DNA from: Eledone cirrhosa
Taxonomy: Eukaryota
Direction: 5' to 3'
DNA: 64,000 bases
Assembly: GCA_964016885.1 (NCBI GenBank)
Contig: OZ024763.1
Coordinates: 6,262,001 to 6,326,000 of the forward strand
Positions within the stretch are counted from its first letter, which is position 1. Every line of letters begins with the position of its first letter. The notes beneath the pieces are model-generated. The model searched no databases and was not told where the DNA came from. It saw only the letters and a program-made list of their open reading frames with translations. The translations under genes and the position numbers were made by a program. This document shows, one piece after another, positions 42,460-57,240 of this stretch.

Positions 42460-42725
42460 GAAAAGGGGAAAGAAAGTTCAATGTATCAGAGGGTCCAGCA
42501 GAATGTACAGGCCCAAAGACATTGAAGTTGCGCGTGGAATGGCTGGCGGATCAAAAATGTCCGGAGATGGGAGTCGGAGTGCCGACCCGCGCATCCCAAA
42601 GGTGTTCAGTAAATCTGTCGGCCAGACTGACCAAGGTAGATGGCTCCACACAGAGTAGAACGGAGCCAATAGACAAGGCTGGTGGAGGTGCAGCTGAAGG
42701 AGTCCTTAACCCCGAAGGACCAGTA
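42460..42725 (-). pseudogene. Penelope-like element (Neptune-type) GIY-YIG endonuclease relic
   Basis: Minus-strand frames give TGPSG / VKDSFSCTSTSLVYWLRSTLCGAIYLGQSGR / LADRFTEHL...PISGHF. This matches the PLE VY..C..C...YIGETGR.L..RF.EH..HF pattern. Frameshifted and flanked by (TA)n. Confidence 0.8.
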
Positions 42726-42813
42726 TATATATAGAGAGAGAGAGATATAAAATCCTGACTGCGGCACCAAGTGGTTTCGGCTTGTGTTAAGCAAGACCCT
42801 ACACACACCTATA

Positions 42814-42902
42814 TACAGGGTGTCCTCCCAAAATATAAACATACTTTGATTATAATGCTGTTGAAGTGTGTATACATTTTTTGGGGGGGTGGGCACCCAG
42901 TA
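42814..42902. mobile_element. About 80-bp Tc1/mariner-like MITE (copies at 36358-36433 and 47961-48043; related TIR element at 30243-30378)
   Basis: TA-CAGGGTGTCC...CACCC.G-TA ends and a shared core ATGCTGTTGAA.TGTGTATACATTTT. Confidence 0.7.
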
Positions 42903-45422
42903 TATATATTGATGATGGTAGAAAGGGACAGTAAATGTTTGTGGAGAAAGAGTGTGTGCATGTATGTAGAAAAAGTGTGTATGCATGTGTGGAAAGAGTA
43001 TATATATATGTGAGTATATATGTGTATATATATGTTTGTATGTGTGTGTAGAGAGAGAGTATGTAATGGCATGTGTGTGTCTATAGGGTTAATGACATCA
43101 CACAGTTGTAGAACCAGTTCTTTGGTTTAACATTCTTCCACAGATTGTCTGTTGTGATGTATCTATTGTGTAAACCACACCTGTGCTACTGTTGCTATTG
43201 GTAACACTAATACTTCTCTGTAGGTGGATGAGGGTGATGTTACTTATTGAGATGATGATGATGATGATGATCATCATCATCATCATGTTTACAATGATGA
43301 GAGTAAGATTCTGATACAAAACTGTTTTAAAGTGTTTATATTTATTCCTAAAAATCTTCCATCATAATTTTATGTAACAGCCTGTATTATGTTATGTTCC
43401 AAACACCAACTTATAGTTATATTAGGACAGTGTCTTTCATTAGAAATATGGTAATGAAAGGGTTGAAGTATTTATATTTATCTAAATACCTTACATCATA
43501 ATTTCATGCCAAAACCTTTGTTAAGTTATGTTCCAAACATAAGAAAGTCAGTTATATTTCTATGGTAACAATAGGTTTAAGGTTGAAGTCAGTAAACTGA
43601 CGTGATCCAACTCCTAGCTCCACTAATTGTGCCCCTTCAAAATATAAAACAGACATGAAGTATAAGAGTCTTATGAGCTTGAATGGCTCTTCCTCCTCCT
43701 CCGAGGAAACGCTGTCTCTATTCTGTTCACTGGGGCCTTTGGGCAGCCAGCGAGTGGGCCCCCATTTGCTCATAATAGCAAGAGATGGGGAGGGCGAGAG
43801 AGATGGAGGCAATGACAGTGGGAGTTTGGCACCTCTGTGTTTGGACCAGGTGTATGTGTGTGTGTATGTTTACACTATCGACCCTTCCATCTTATATATG
43901 CTCTTGTATGATTGATAGAAAGATAAAATTAAATATGGAGACACCAACTTACCTGGTCTGAGTTAAAATCTGCTAAAGGTGTGTTGTTTTCTTGGCTTCT
44001 CCTTGTGGTGGTCATCACATCACAGCACATTACCTTAATTAATAAAGCTGTTGCAAGCTCCCAGAATATATACCTGGGTCTTACATCTTTTAGGCTACAA
44101 ACTTACCTGGACAAGGTAACAAGTGAACACATCTAATTAAAGAGGTCCCAAGGTGATAATTGGATTCACTCAACTGAGTGGATGAGTGAACCAGCCACTT
44201 ACACTCGAGACTAATGTTGTTGATACAACTCACACCTATACAGGTTTAGCTGGTCTCCTCCAAGGTTGGTTTCTCAGATGATAAAGACCCCAGTCCTATC
44301 ATGTTATATAGCTCACATCTATGTAGGTGTAGCTGGTGTCCTACAAGGTCGTATCTCATAGGAGATTTATTGGGTGTTTTAATGATAGGGACACCAGTAC
44401 TATCAGGTTTTTGTTACAGCTCACACATATGTAAGTTTAGCTGGCCCTTTACACAGTTGAATTTCATACGATGTTTTCTTGATCATTTTATTATCAAAAC
44501 ACACAAGATGCAAAACATTATAAGCGACCAGCTACACCTACATAAGTGTGAGCTGTAACAGCATGATAAGAGTGTGGCCTCTATCATTAAAACATCCAAG
44601 AAACCACACATGATAGGACAGTGGTCCATATCATTAAAACATCCAAGAAACCTCACGATAGGTGACTAGCTAAACCTAGAGACGTGAGCTGTAAAGTAAA
44701 CTTTTTTATCATTTCAACGTAAATCAGTTTTTGTAAACAGAGTTATCCCCCTTACCTCCAGTGTTAAACTGCTGAAAATAAAACATCAAATCGAAGCAAT
44801 TTCCTAGTTTGTGCAAAAATAAACAATAAATGATATATTTTTCTTCATTTATTGGTTTCAGTATTTAGAACACGGTCATGCTGAGGCACCACCTAGAAGA
44901 GATTACTTCGCTGATCATATCAATTTCAGTCCACGTTTATAAACTGATAAGTTTTACCTTTCAATGGCTCAAGGGACACAACTCATGCAAACTAATTACA
45001 CCCCCACACACACATAAAATAGTTTAGCTGAATTGATAACACAACCATATAAGGAAAAGAATAATTCAAAGTTCAAATGTGATTTTATAGTCCATGTTTG
45101 TAAATCAAATAATTTAATGTAATTTAATCCTGGTTCTTAATTGGTTAATTGTTTTACGATCGTTTCAGAGGGATGATTGATCACGACAAATCAATATATT
45201 GACTAATCAATAGTGCTTCTCACCACATTATTAATCTAGATATCCTAGATCTATCTCACCGTCTTCCTCAGAAACTGGTGTTTGTGTATATATATATATA
45301 TATATCATCAACGTTTAACGGTGGTGGTGATGACGATGTTGATATATATATATATATATTGGTGCAGTCTATACTACATACACTATATGTATCCACATTA
45401 TATATATATATTACACACATAC

Positions 45423-45454
<32 letters not shown>

Positions 45455-45809
45455 TCGGGGATGGCCATGTTGCTAGTATTACCAATTATCCGTATTACTA
45501 GTTATTCGTTAGTTCATCAAAGTTCTTTCGTGAGAGAAGAGGAGGCACAAAAAAAGATAGTCATTGAAGAGGTCACACAATGTGTGACGAAAGAACGTTA
45601 ATGAACTAACGAATAACTAGTAATAGAGGGAAAGATAAAGTGAAAACCATATGGTGCAAGGGTTTCTTTTTACTGGGAATATTGGTAACATGACCATTTC
45701 CAAATATAACAATATCAGTTTCAACACACGATTTCACATCAAGAATCTTGCAGAACAAATACATAATTGTGTATATATATATTGTGGTAAAACGCTGCGA
45801 GAAGTTCGG

Positions 45810-45987
45810 TTTAGAGTTATTTCCACCAGAAATTAGCCAACCATATTCGAGGACACGTGTTTAAAGTGAGACTGGAAGTATATACTTACACTCTCACTGC
45901 AAACATACCCGGGTTGAAAATACCTCCAGTGGTGAAACACATGTCTTTGAATATGTGTTGCTAATTTGTTGTGGAACTAACTCTAAA
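45810..45987. repeat. Imperfect inverted repeat with hammerhead 3' halves (GAAACACATGTC and inverse GACACGTGTTT)
   Basis: TTTAGAGTTATTTCCAC...GGACACGTGTTT pairs with GAAACACATGTC(45934)...GTGGAACTAACTCTAAA. Confidence 0.55.
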
Positions 45988-46639
45988 GGAAGAGGCTATG
46001 TAGCCGGTAAACAGTAAAGGTGTCAGACACCATGAGTTATGGCCCAAGTTAATTTGAAATCTTTTCCACCATCAATTGTTAAAAAAAGTTTAAATCATTT
46101 AATCGTCCATTCGTAACGTACGTTACACTTTAGTTACATACACACACATAAACAGATAGAGACCAGAAAAGGAAGGGGCTGGTGAATCGCTATAGCGATG
46201 TGTGTTGCGTCCCTTTATGGTTTATCGGCTACACGCTTGCATGGGTTTGGACGGGAGTTTTCCCACTTGAGGCAAGAGTGGTTGTCTTGCTCGCGTAGGA
46301 CTGTCTGGCGGGTTTTCTACGGCTGGATGCCCTTCCTAACACCAACCACGTTTACATATATCAAATGGTGAATTTGCAGAGTCGTTAGAACAGATCTGTT
46401 CCGGTCTTCTGAGCTCTCAGTCAAAGATGGTTGGATAACATCAATGAGATGGGCTGAAATCTCTTGGATGATCCAGCTTCTGACAGGAACCTGCTGGAAG
46501 GGATACCTGAGGACTCTGATTTAAGTGACCTTCCTAGGAATAAGTGAGGGAGGAAGAGGGCAGCAAGGAAGAAGTAAAAATACAACAAAAAACAACAAAG
46601 AAGAAAGGAAAAGAAAAAAAGAGAAAAAAAAAAACATTT

Positions 46640-48039
46640 CATGATTTAACCAATAATTTTACATTTATTTGACAAGAAAATATTTCTAATTAAAATAAGT
46701 CATAAATGATGTCTTTGAGGGGTGTGGGGAAATTGGATGAAAGGGCAAACAAAGAAAGAGGCTGAGGGGGAGAAAGAGGGAGAGAGAGAGATGATAAATG
46801 GTTTAACGCAAGTTTTTTTTTCACCAGTTCAGTTTATTTTCATGTTATCTTTTTATTTTTTTTTGTTCAGTGTTGGGGGTAGGGGTAGTTTGGTTTGATA
46901 TTTTTTTTCTCCTTTTTTTTGTGGTCTATATAGTATTTTTTTTTCTTCACTGATAAAACCCCACCCAAAAATGTCTCGCTAGGTTTTACCAGCACAGATT
47001 TTTTATTTATATCAAAGTTTGTTGTAGTAGTAGTAGTAGTATGTAGTAGTCGTTGTCATTAATTCCTGTACAATATTTTATATACATACATGTATATATA
47101 TACATATATATATAAACATGTATATATATACATGTTTATTTATACATACATACACGTATATATATATACATACATATATACATGTATAAATACATACATA
47201 TATATATATACATACATATATTTATATATATATACACACAAATGTCTATATATCATATGTACACACACATACACATGTCTATATATCATATGTACACACA
47301 AGTATATATACACATATATATACATAAGCGATGGTGATGAAAGCCCACCATCGCCCAAGAGTTTAAAAAAACAAAAGAACGAGTCATCATCATTATACAC
47401 CCCAAGGTTTCCCCCTCCATGCCACCACGGCACCGCGCCTCCTTCACTTTCTGCTTGATGAGGTTTGTGTTGTGTTGTATGGGAGCTTGTAATGGGTGAA
47501 GAGACGGGGTTAAATATTTCATCATCATCATAATTCACCAGAGAGGGTGGGAGAAGGGACAGAGACAGAGAGAGTAAGGTGGAGGTGTACAGGGAGTGGG
47601 TTGGTTTAAAACTGCCACCTAGTGGCTACTGAACTAAAAGAAACCCATCACCATCACCACCACTGTCGACACCATAACCACCAACGCTACATCTCCAATT
47701 GCAGGAATAATCATTATTGCTGCTGCACCACTAATTCCCTTCCCTTACTCCTGCAGAGTAACATGCATGCATAACTGCATATATACACTACACATAAAAA
47801 TGGATACATATGAAGATATATAATATATAATGTATATACACACACACACAGTGTCTTAGAAAATGTTTGTTTGACATTTAAATGTTCCAAGAATATTTGG
47901 CTGTGTTAGGGCAACACACACAAATGTGTGTGTGTGTGCATATATATATAGATAGATATACACAGGATGTCCCCCCAAAATGTATACACACTTTGATTAG
48001 AATGCTGTTGAATTGTGTATACATTTTTTTGGACCACCC

Positions 48040-48077
<38 letters not shown>

Positions 48078-48996
48078 TATCTATATACATACACGCAGCG
48101 ACTTAGAAAAAAGTATGACTTTCAAAAGTTCTCAGAGTACTTGAGTGTAACTGTAGTGTGTGTGACTGGAGTGTAACTAGAGTGTAAGTAGAACAACAAC
48201 TGGCAAGAATCAGTGGTGGTGGAGGTATCAGTATGTCTAACAATAATTAATAACATTTCTAATTAGCAATAATTATATTATTACTAATCAGCTACAAATG
48301 TCTGTGTCAGGTTTGGGACCTAAAGAAACTCAGAACAGTTTTTACACTTCTATTCCAGTTTCACTACACTGTCTTAATATTGCTTTTTTACGCCGTCATT
48401 TCACTGATTTCCACACTGCCACTACACTTCTTTCCACATTGTTGTTACACTGGTTTACACACAGTCACTACACTGCTTTTAAACTTGTTTCCACAGTTGT
48501 TACACTGGTTTCCACAGTTATTACACAGCTTTTTACACCGTTGTTACAATGTTAACTTTGATTTGTTTTAAAACTAATTCTCTCTTACTTCATATTTTAA
48601 TTATTAATTAATTATTATTTCTATTCAGAATTTTTATTATTCACTTAAATTTAAATTTACTTTATACCAACATCCCACGGTAAATGGTGGAGAAAGACAG
48701 ATATAAAAGCAGACTCCCACCCAGTGAGACAGACAGACACACCCTCACAATGACACAGATACACCCACCATAACCTGTTTTATTTAATTTATTTTTTATT
48801 TTAAAAATTAAAATTAAAAAACTTTAAAAAAAATTTAAATATCTATCTATCTATCTAGGGGCGGGTAAAATTCCCGAGATTTTAATAAATAAAGATTTTA
48901 AATTTGAAGTATTGGGTGGTGGTGGTGGTAGTGCTGTAGTGGGGGGTTCTTCAGAAAATCACCAGGGGAAGAGGAAGTATGTAGGGGACATCCCTC

Positions 48997-49027
<31 letters not shown>

Positions 49028-50060
49028 TGAGACACAATGTCACAGTATAGAGTAGTTCCTGGGGTTGTTTTGTTGTTAGTTTCTTTAATATTTAATGTGG
49101 AATTTAAAAAAGAAACAAATTATTTTTTCCGATGACTGAAACGTCCCACCTCCTACCCCATCCTCCCAGACTTGTAGAGGGTGTTGTCGTCACATGCATC
49201 GAAACATCCATAAACTTTACCTCGGCCGATACCACAAAATATACAGTTCTTCTCTCATGAGGATGCAGCCACCCGACCCACCAAAAAAGTCTTCCAAGTT
49301 CGACAGGAGAGACTTCCACCGTATGTTGGGAGTCGACAAGATTAGCAGAAGATTCAGAGAAGAAAGAAAAAGTAAAAATAAAAAACAACACAGTTCTAGT
49401 GTATGCAAAGATTCTTCTTTTACCTTTTCTTGTTCATACCGAGAGGGGGGGGAGGGCGGATTTCTTCACAACTCAACACAATTAGCAGAAGAAGGTGGTG
49501 GTGGTGGTGAAGCGTGGCGTGTGGTGGCGTGTTTAAAAAAAAAATACGGGGAGAGGGAGTGCTTTTTCAAGGGAATTTTTTCTCTCTCAAATTTTGTGTT
49601 TTGTTCCAGAAAAAGAGTTTGAATTGTTTTGTATGGTTTGATTTCTTGTTGGATCCTGGGAGAGCTTGGAGCATCATCCGTCACACCGACCGAACACGGC
49701 TGGTGGGGATTTCTACCAACACTTGTAGCCATTTACCTGAGGTCAGGCATGTTGCTATGGTTTCTACCAGAAGACTGACGATGTTGTTGGTGTTGTAGTT
49801 TCTACCAATGACTGCTGTGGTCTCTGCCAGAGGGCAGACATACTGTTGCTATGGTTTCTAATAGAAGACCGACGTTGTTGCTGTAGTTTTTACCAGTGGT
49901 TAGACATGCTGTTGCTACGGTTATTAGCAGTCGTCAGACATACTGTTGCTATGGTTTCTACCAGAGGCCACGTTGTTAGGTGTCCTGAGAGTCAGCAGGG
50001 TTTTTTTTTTCAATTCAGGAGTTGTTTTTGTTTGTTTTGGTCAACCAAAACAGAAAGAGG
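46640..50060 (-). other. Putative non-coding terminal exon / long 3'UTR
   Basis: Acceptor after a long (CT)n tract, CCTATTCTAG| at 50062-50061. Largely TE-poor unique sequence. Minus-strand AATAAA signals at about 48779-48800 and 46664-46669 are each followed by U/GU-rich downstream sequence. Confidence 0.55.
46664..46669 (-). terminator. Candidate distal polyadenylation signal
   Basis: TTTATT on plus (AATAAA on minus), followed on minus by a long T-rich tract at 46635-46575. Confidence 0.45.
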
Positions 50061-50069
50061 CTAGAATAG

Positions 50070-50130
<61 letters not shown>

Positions 50131-50570
50131 GAGAGAGAGGAGGTGGAGGTGAGGTATCGTTGCTTCCTCAGTTGAAACATTTCCTGCTCACTGTCACAGA
50201 CAAAAAAATAACAACAAAAACAAAAAAAAAAAAAAAAAACCCCACAGGGCCCCATGGTGGGAGAGGTTCAAGCCAGTTGTCAAAATTATTCGTTCCACGG
50301 TTCTGGTTAGACATAGCACTGGTCATCAATAGAATTCATTTCACAACAGAAATATCCTTGGCAGGACTGCTGCTGGTGGCGACGAATAAGGAATAAAAAT
50401 AACAAGAAAAAAAAAAAAAAAAAAGACCTTTGTCGTGCCCCTGAGCAATTACTGGTTACTGTTGTTGTTGTTGTCGATGTCACAGGTCTGATTCTGACAG
50501 ACACAGACATATATATTTTTTTAGGTATTTAGAGGGAGAGACAGAGATAGACAAGTATAGATGTCTCACC

Positions 50571-51013
50571 TCAGTATTTGGCAGGCTCAGGTGTGTAAAT
50601 CCGCACGGGGCTCGCAGCTCCTCTTCCACCAGTGCCACCGCCACCACCTCCACCTCCACCACCAGTGTAGTCGGGGTGGTGGTGGTGGTGGTGGTGTGAC
50701 GCCGCCGCCGCTGCTGCTGCTGCTGCTGTAGAGTGGTCGGGCAGCTTCTGTCCAACTGGAACGCTGAGGCTGATGGATGCAATGGCTGCTGCTGCTGCTA
50801 CTGCCGCTGCTGCTGCTGCTGGTGAAGAAGAGGATGAAGAGGAAGAGGAGGCCGTGGCCGGTGTGTAGGGTCGTGCTGTGTCGTCCTTGCTGTTGTTGTT
50901 GTTGCTGCTGCCTCCGCCGCTGCTCTCAACTGTGTGGGGGGGTCCACCACTGCCTACTGCTGCTGTTGCCGCTGCTGATGCTGCTGCTGCCGCTGCTGTA
51001 GCTGGGGAGGTTT
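50571..51013 (-). CDS. Alternative last coding exon D2 (polyAla/Ser/His/Gly, ending SPVRIYTPEPAKY*)
   Basis: Acceptor GTTGCAG| at 51015-51014, with an in-frame TGA just upstream. GC-rich, 443 nt, open in phase 1 through ETSPATAAAAAAS...DDTARPYTP...HHHHHHHPDYTGGG...RGAASPVRIYTPEPAKY to TGA at 50573-50571. Donor GAG|GTGAGA at 50569. Confidence 0.8.
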
Positions 51014-51217
51014 CTGCAACTCATCAAAAGGATCAGTTCTTACTGCCTCATCAATGTTAATTACTTTATGGATTAATTATGTTTTGGGGGGGGGGGGGGA
51101 CGACAGGCGTGGCAGGGGGGTTAATTAGCAGATACCCCTAACCCCACCCCCTGGTGCTGATTCTAAAGGGACAGAACGATGGGTTTAGAAAATAAAAAAA
51201 AAGGGTAAGGAGAAAAC

Positions 51218-51850
<633 letters not shown>

Positions 51851-52739
51851 AGAAAAAAACTGTAGGAGTAGTAGAGTCAACAGAAAGGGGGGGGGGGGGA
51901 ACAGGGGAAACACACAGCACACAAATTGCTCCCCCCACTGACAACTACCAGGGGATGTGAAGGGGAGGAGGTGGTGGGGACATGTTCAGTCATAGTTGGG
52001 ATGATGGTAGTAAAGGCTGCGCTGACATTGGCACCAGCAGTAGTAGTAGTAGTGGTGGCAGAAGTTGGGCTGGTTGTTGCTGTTGTTGTTGTTGTGGTAC
52101 ATACACAAAACTTAAGTCCAGACCACTACTCACAAATCCATTTAGCCCACACGAACGTTTTTCCGTCTTTCCTTTTGTTTGTTTCTTTCAAGAAAGAAAA
52201 GAAAAAGAAAAAAAAAAAAAAAGGGGGCCTGCACAAAGGTTTTTTTCTTTTTTATTTATATATATATATTTATTTATTTATTAAGGTTTTAAAAGTTTTT
52301 AAGGGTCTTTTACAGGTCTTTTGCCATTTGCAAATCAAAACAATTGATGTGTTAATCCATCTTTATTCATCTATCTATGATAGGGAGTCAGGTGGACCAG
52401 TTAAACAACTGTGCTGTGTGATCGAAGGAAAAAAAAGGGGCCAAACGTTTTTGTCTTTAGTTTATATTTATATATATATATAGATATACATATATATTTT
52501 AAAATATTGTTTTTCTCTCGTCTTCCTGCGATACACACACCCCCTTTTGTTTTGTTTTTGTTTTTTTCTGCTGGGCTTGTTTTTCAAGGGGGAGGGGGAA
52601 ATGTTTTTTTCTTTTTTTCTTTTCTATTACAGGCTGCTATGCGGGTGGGAGCATGGAGCCTGATGCAGACAGTAAGGGAGGGACCCCAATCGGCATTAGG
52701 TTCGTCTGATAGTGAAGGCAGCGCGTTAACATAGTTATT

Positions 52740-52747
52740 TTAATCAT
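52740..52747 (-). CDS. Alternative last coding exon D1 (adds DD-stop), followed by UTR-like sequence
   Basis: Acceptor TCCCTCTTTGCAG| at 52749-52748. In phase 1 it reads G|AT GAT TAA. Downstream sequence is unique and UTR-like, with minus-strand AATAAA around 52251-52280. Confidence 0.5.
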
Positions 52748-53339
52748 CTGCAAAGAGGGAACAACAAAATACGCGCTTCAATAGCAACAGAACAAAGAAA
52801 ATTATATTTACATAAACACATACATGGGTACATATACATAAACACATACACATGAACATAAACACACATATATACACAATATATACATATATACACACAC
52901 ACAGACAATACATACACCACACATGTACATATACATTTAAATATATATACGTATATAGGTACACTCATATATATATAATTGTTTCTACATTTGGCACAAA
53001 GCCAGCAATTATTCCAGTGTATTACTGGTACTTTATTTTATCGACCCCGTAAGGATGAAAGGCAAAGTTAACCTCGGCGGGATTTGAACTCAGACCATAT
53101 ATATATAATACACACACAATACGTACAGAACGTACATGTACACACATAATCACATACACAGGTGTACATATTTCAATATACATACACACATATATACACA
53201 GAGACCAACATAAATTACAAAAAGGAAGATAATATTTGCACAGGAAGTAAAAGCACAAGGGAATTATGGGATAGCAAACAAACATACTAAGTGCATAAAT
53301 CAATGAAACATGTAATCAATGATCTTAACATTTAACTCT

Positions 53340-54832
53340 ATTGAACCCTTTTGTTACCATATTGCTAATGAAAGATACTGACTCCTATGGTTTTCAAATG
53401 ATTTTAAATAATCAAGAATTTGGAATGGTTTAGTAACAACTAAATTTTAAAAAGGTTCAGTTGGTGTTTGGAACATAACATAACAAAGGTTCTTACATAA
53501 AATTATTATGGAACCCTTTAACCCTTCCATTACCATATTTCTAATGAAAGACACTGTCTGTCTTTAACCCTTTCATTACCATATTTCTAATGAAAGACAC
53601 TGTCTATGTCATTAACCCTTTCATTACCATATTTCTAATGAAAGACACTGTCTGTCTTTAACCCTTTCATTACCATATTTCTAATGAAAGACACTGTCTG
53701 TCTTTAACCCTTTCATTACCATATTTCTAATGAAAGACACTGTCTATGTCTTTAACCCTTTCATTACCATATTTCTAATGAAAGACGCTGTCTATGTCTT
53801 TAACCCTTTCATTACCATATTTCTAATGAAAGACACTGTCTATGTCTTTAACCCTTCCATTACCATATTTCTAATGAAAGACACTGTCTATGTCTTTAAC
53901 CCTTTCATTACCATATTTCTAATGAAAGACACTATCTATGTCCTTAACCTTTCATTACCATATTTCTAATGAAAGACACTGCCTATGTCCTTAACCCTTC
54001 CATTACCATATTTCTAAAACCCTTCCATTACCATATTTCTAATGAAAGACACTGTCTATGTCATTAACCCTTCCATTACCATATTTCTAATGAAAGACAC
54101 TGTCTATGTCTTTAACCCTTCCATTACCATATTTCTAATGAAAGACACTGTCTATGTCATTAACCCTTCCATTACCATATTTCTAATGAAAGACATTGTC
54201 TATGTCTTTAACCCTTCCATTACCATATTTCTAATGAAAGACACTGTCTATGTCTTTAACCCTTCCATTACCATATTTCTAATGAAAGACACTGTCTATG
54301 TCTTTAACTCTTTCATTACCATATTTCTAATGAAAGACACTGTCTATGTCTTTAACCCTTTCATTACCATATTTCTAATGAAAGACACTGTCTATGTCAT
54401 TAACCCTTTCATTACCATATTTCTAATGAAAGACACTGTCTATGTCATTAACCCTTTCATTACCATATTTCTAATGAAAGACAGTCTATGTCATTAACCC
54501 TTTCATTACCATATTTCTAATGAAAGACACTGTCTATGTCATTAACCCTTTCATTACCATATTTCTAATGAAAGACACTGTCTATGTCATTAACCCTTCC
54601 ATTACCATATTTCTAATGAAAGACACTGTCTATGATTTTCAAATATTTCAGAATTCAATGATAAACTTGGAGGGATTTAGGAATATAACTAACTTTCTCT
54701 ATTAAGTTGTTGTTTGAAACATAATGGTTCTTACATAAAATTGTGATGGATGTTTTTAGATAAATATAAACACTGTAAAATGTTTCGTAGAAGGATGAGT
54801 ATCTTCAGGCAGTTTGGTATCAAAAAGGTTAA
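53340..54832 (+). repeat. 48-bp satellite array 2 (53518-54635) inside a piggyBac-like non-autonomous element
   Basis: Same unit as 21734. The flanks match the dispersed element at about 62915-63580 and end TTTGGTATCAAAAAGGTTAA. Confidence 0.9.
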
Positions 54833-55084
54833 AAAATAAAAAGTCTTATCTTAGAACCAGAATTTAAACATTAATACATTTAATATAAAAAGAAATATTC
54901 AGACTAGTGTCTTCACCTTAGTTGTTATAGTCAGTGTTTCAGTCGCTGTACCCACTGGCCATCTTCAGAGTTATTACTATTATTATAAACTGATACATTC
55001 AGCCTACATTAAATTAATTGCTTATAAGATACAATAAACAATAATCTCCAAAAACAAACCATTCAACTATATACATGATAAATA

Positions 55085-55120
<36 letters not shown>

Positions 55121-55122
<2 letters not shown>

Positions 55123-55526
55123 GTAAGTCCCCACCTTATGAACTTCTGCAGATACAAACAGTCTCACGAAAATACTTTTGTTCGAGTTCGCAATTCATGT
55201 TTTTGTGGGCTCTTTTGGGCCTTGGGTTTCTTTTGCAGCATAAAAACAAGCCCAAATCGTACCTACAGTATAGGATACCATTCTGCTTTTGCAGAATTGA
55301 AAAAGTATCTTTTTTTTCTTTAACAATTTATTGTCATTAGCTTTACAGTATTTAAACTCATTATTACATGTTATATATACCTTTATATACTGTATATATA
55401 TCACTGATATGGAAACCTGCAGTATCAATGTAACATATATGGGCTTACTGGTATCTACTGTGTTAGACGATCAACTAACGAACGGCCTCTTGGAACGTAA
55501 CTCATTTGTAAGTTGGGGACTTACTG
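55121..55526. mobile_element. Tigger/pogo-like MITE
   Basis: TIRs CAGTAAGTCCCCA.CTTA / TAAG.TGGGGACTTACTG, embedded in (TA)n. Confidence 0.75.
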
Positions 55527-55536
55527 TATATATGTG

Positions 55537-55581
<45 letters not shown>

Positions 55582-57240
55582 TTGCTCATAAGTCACTCCT
55601 ACATTTTACAAACATTCACTTTCAACTGGTTCAACAACTAATCTCCAATATGGCCACCACCAACTAACCTCCACAGAAACGGGATAATGACAGGAAATAA
55701 CTCAATCAACAGAGACAAAAGAACCAAACGATATGTTGGATAATAAATACAAGTTTAAAGAATTATAAACTTGTATAAGTCTGTCATAACCCGTGAGGCT
55801 CATCAGGTCAGAGCTTGTCCAAGTTTTATTGGTATAGGGAGTACAAAACTCTCTCTTGGACAGGACACCAGTCCATTGCAGGGTTCAAGCCTGTCTTAAA
55901 ATATGTCAGAGACACATCAAGCTGGCACATATTCCAGTTTCCATGGGAATTATGTAACTGATAGTACAAGACTTACCCCCCAAGGACAGGAAGCCAGTCT
56001 ATTGCAGGATTAACTATCTCAGTAACTGCTGATAGTCCTTTTCAGGTGAGTGAACTGAAGTGACCTGCTCAAGGGTAAAATGTGTGACCTGGTCCTGGAA
56101 TCAAACCCAGGACATTATAATAGCGGTTTCTGATTTAGGCACAAGGCTAACAATTTTGGAGGAGGGGAAGTCAACTAAATAAACCCCAGTGCATTACTGG
56201 TACTTTATCCACCCTGCAAGGATAAAAAGCAAAGTTAACCTCAGTGGGATTTGAACTTAGGACATAACTATATGCCACAAAGCATGGTGTCTGATGCTCT
56301 ACCGATTACTGCCAATCCACCACCAATAATAAAACCAAGGCCCTAACCACTAACCCACACACTTCCACATTAAGAGAAAACAAATGAAATGAAAATTAAA
56401 TTTGCAACACACACCTGGCCTCAGGTGTTTTAATGATAGGGGCCCCAGAAAACAAATGAAACATCTTGCTCAAGAACACAACACAGTCTAGGAATCAAAC
56501 CTACAACTTTCTGTCATGAATGCAACACTAACCACTAGGCCACACATGGACACCTAAAAAAGAAACCTTAGTTAAAGTATGGTAGACATTACCAAGTCAT
56601 AGTCGATTGTAACAGATGGCTGTAGTTTATATAAACACACTGAGTACTCTAGTGTTGTAATGAGGTAGTGCTGGGGCCATAATAAACAGCACCCAGTCCA
56701 CCACATGTAAAGAGGTAGTGCTGGTACCATGATAAACAGCACCCAGTCCACTGTAAAATAGTGCTGGTGTCATGGCAAAAAGCACCCAGTCCAGTCCTGT
56801 ATAGTGGTAGTACTGGTATACTGGTGTCATGACAAAAAGCACCTAGTACACCCTGTAAAGTGGTAGTACTGGTGTTATGACAAAAAGCACCTGGTACACC
56901 CTGTAAAGTAGTAGTGCTGGAGTCATGACAAAGTGCTCCCAATACACGCTGTAAAGTGGTTGGTGTTAGCGAGGGCATCCAGCCGTAGAAACCAAACCAT
57001 GGCCAACATAACAGTTTAGATGCAGTATGTGATAACCCATCTAACCCATGCAAGCATGGAAAATAGACATAATAAAACAGTGATGATGATGATGACAACG
57101 ATGATGATAATGATGAAGCATGCTAGATAAGACAGCTAAACGTTGTCGAAGTGGAAGAAGGAGAAGGAAAGAGAGGAGGAGGAGAGATTTAAGAATAGCT
57201 GTTGTGAGTTAACAACAGAAAGACAGGCTTAGCATCTTAC

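Noticed and set aside
49104-49798. 142-aa and overlapping ORFs
   Set aside because: No recognisable domain or splice sites, and they lie within the inferred 3'UTR of the minus-strand gene.
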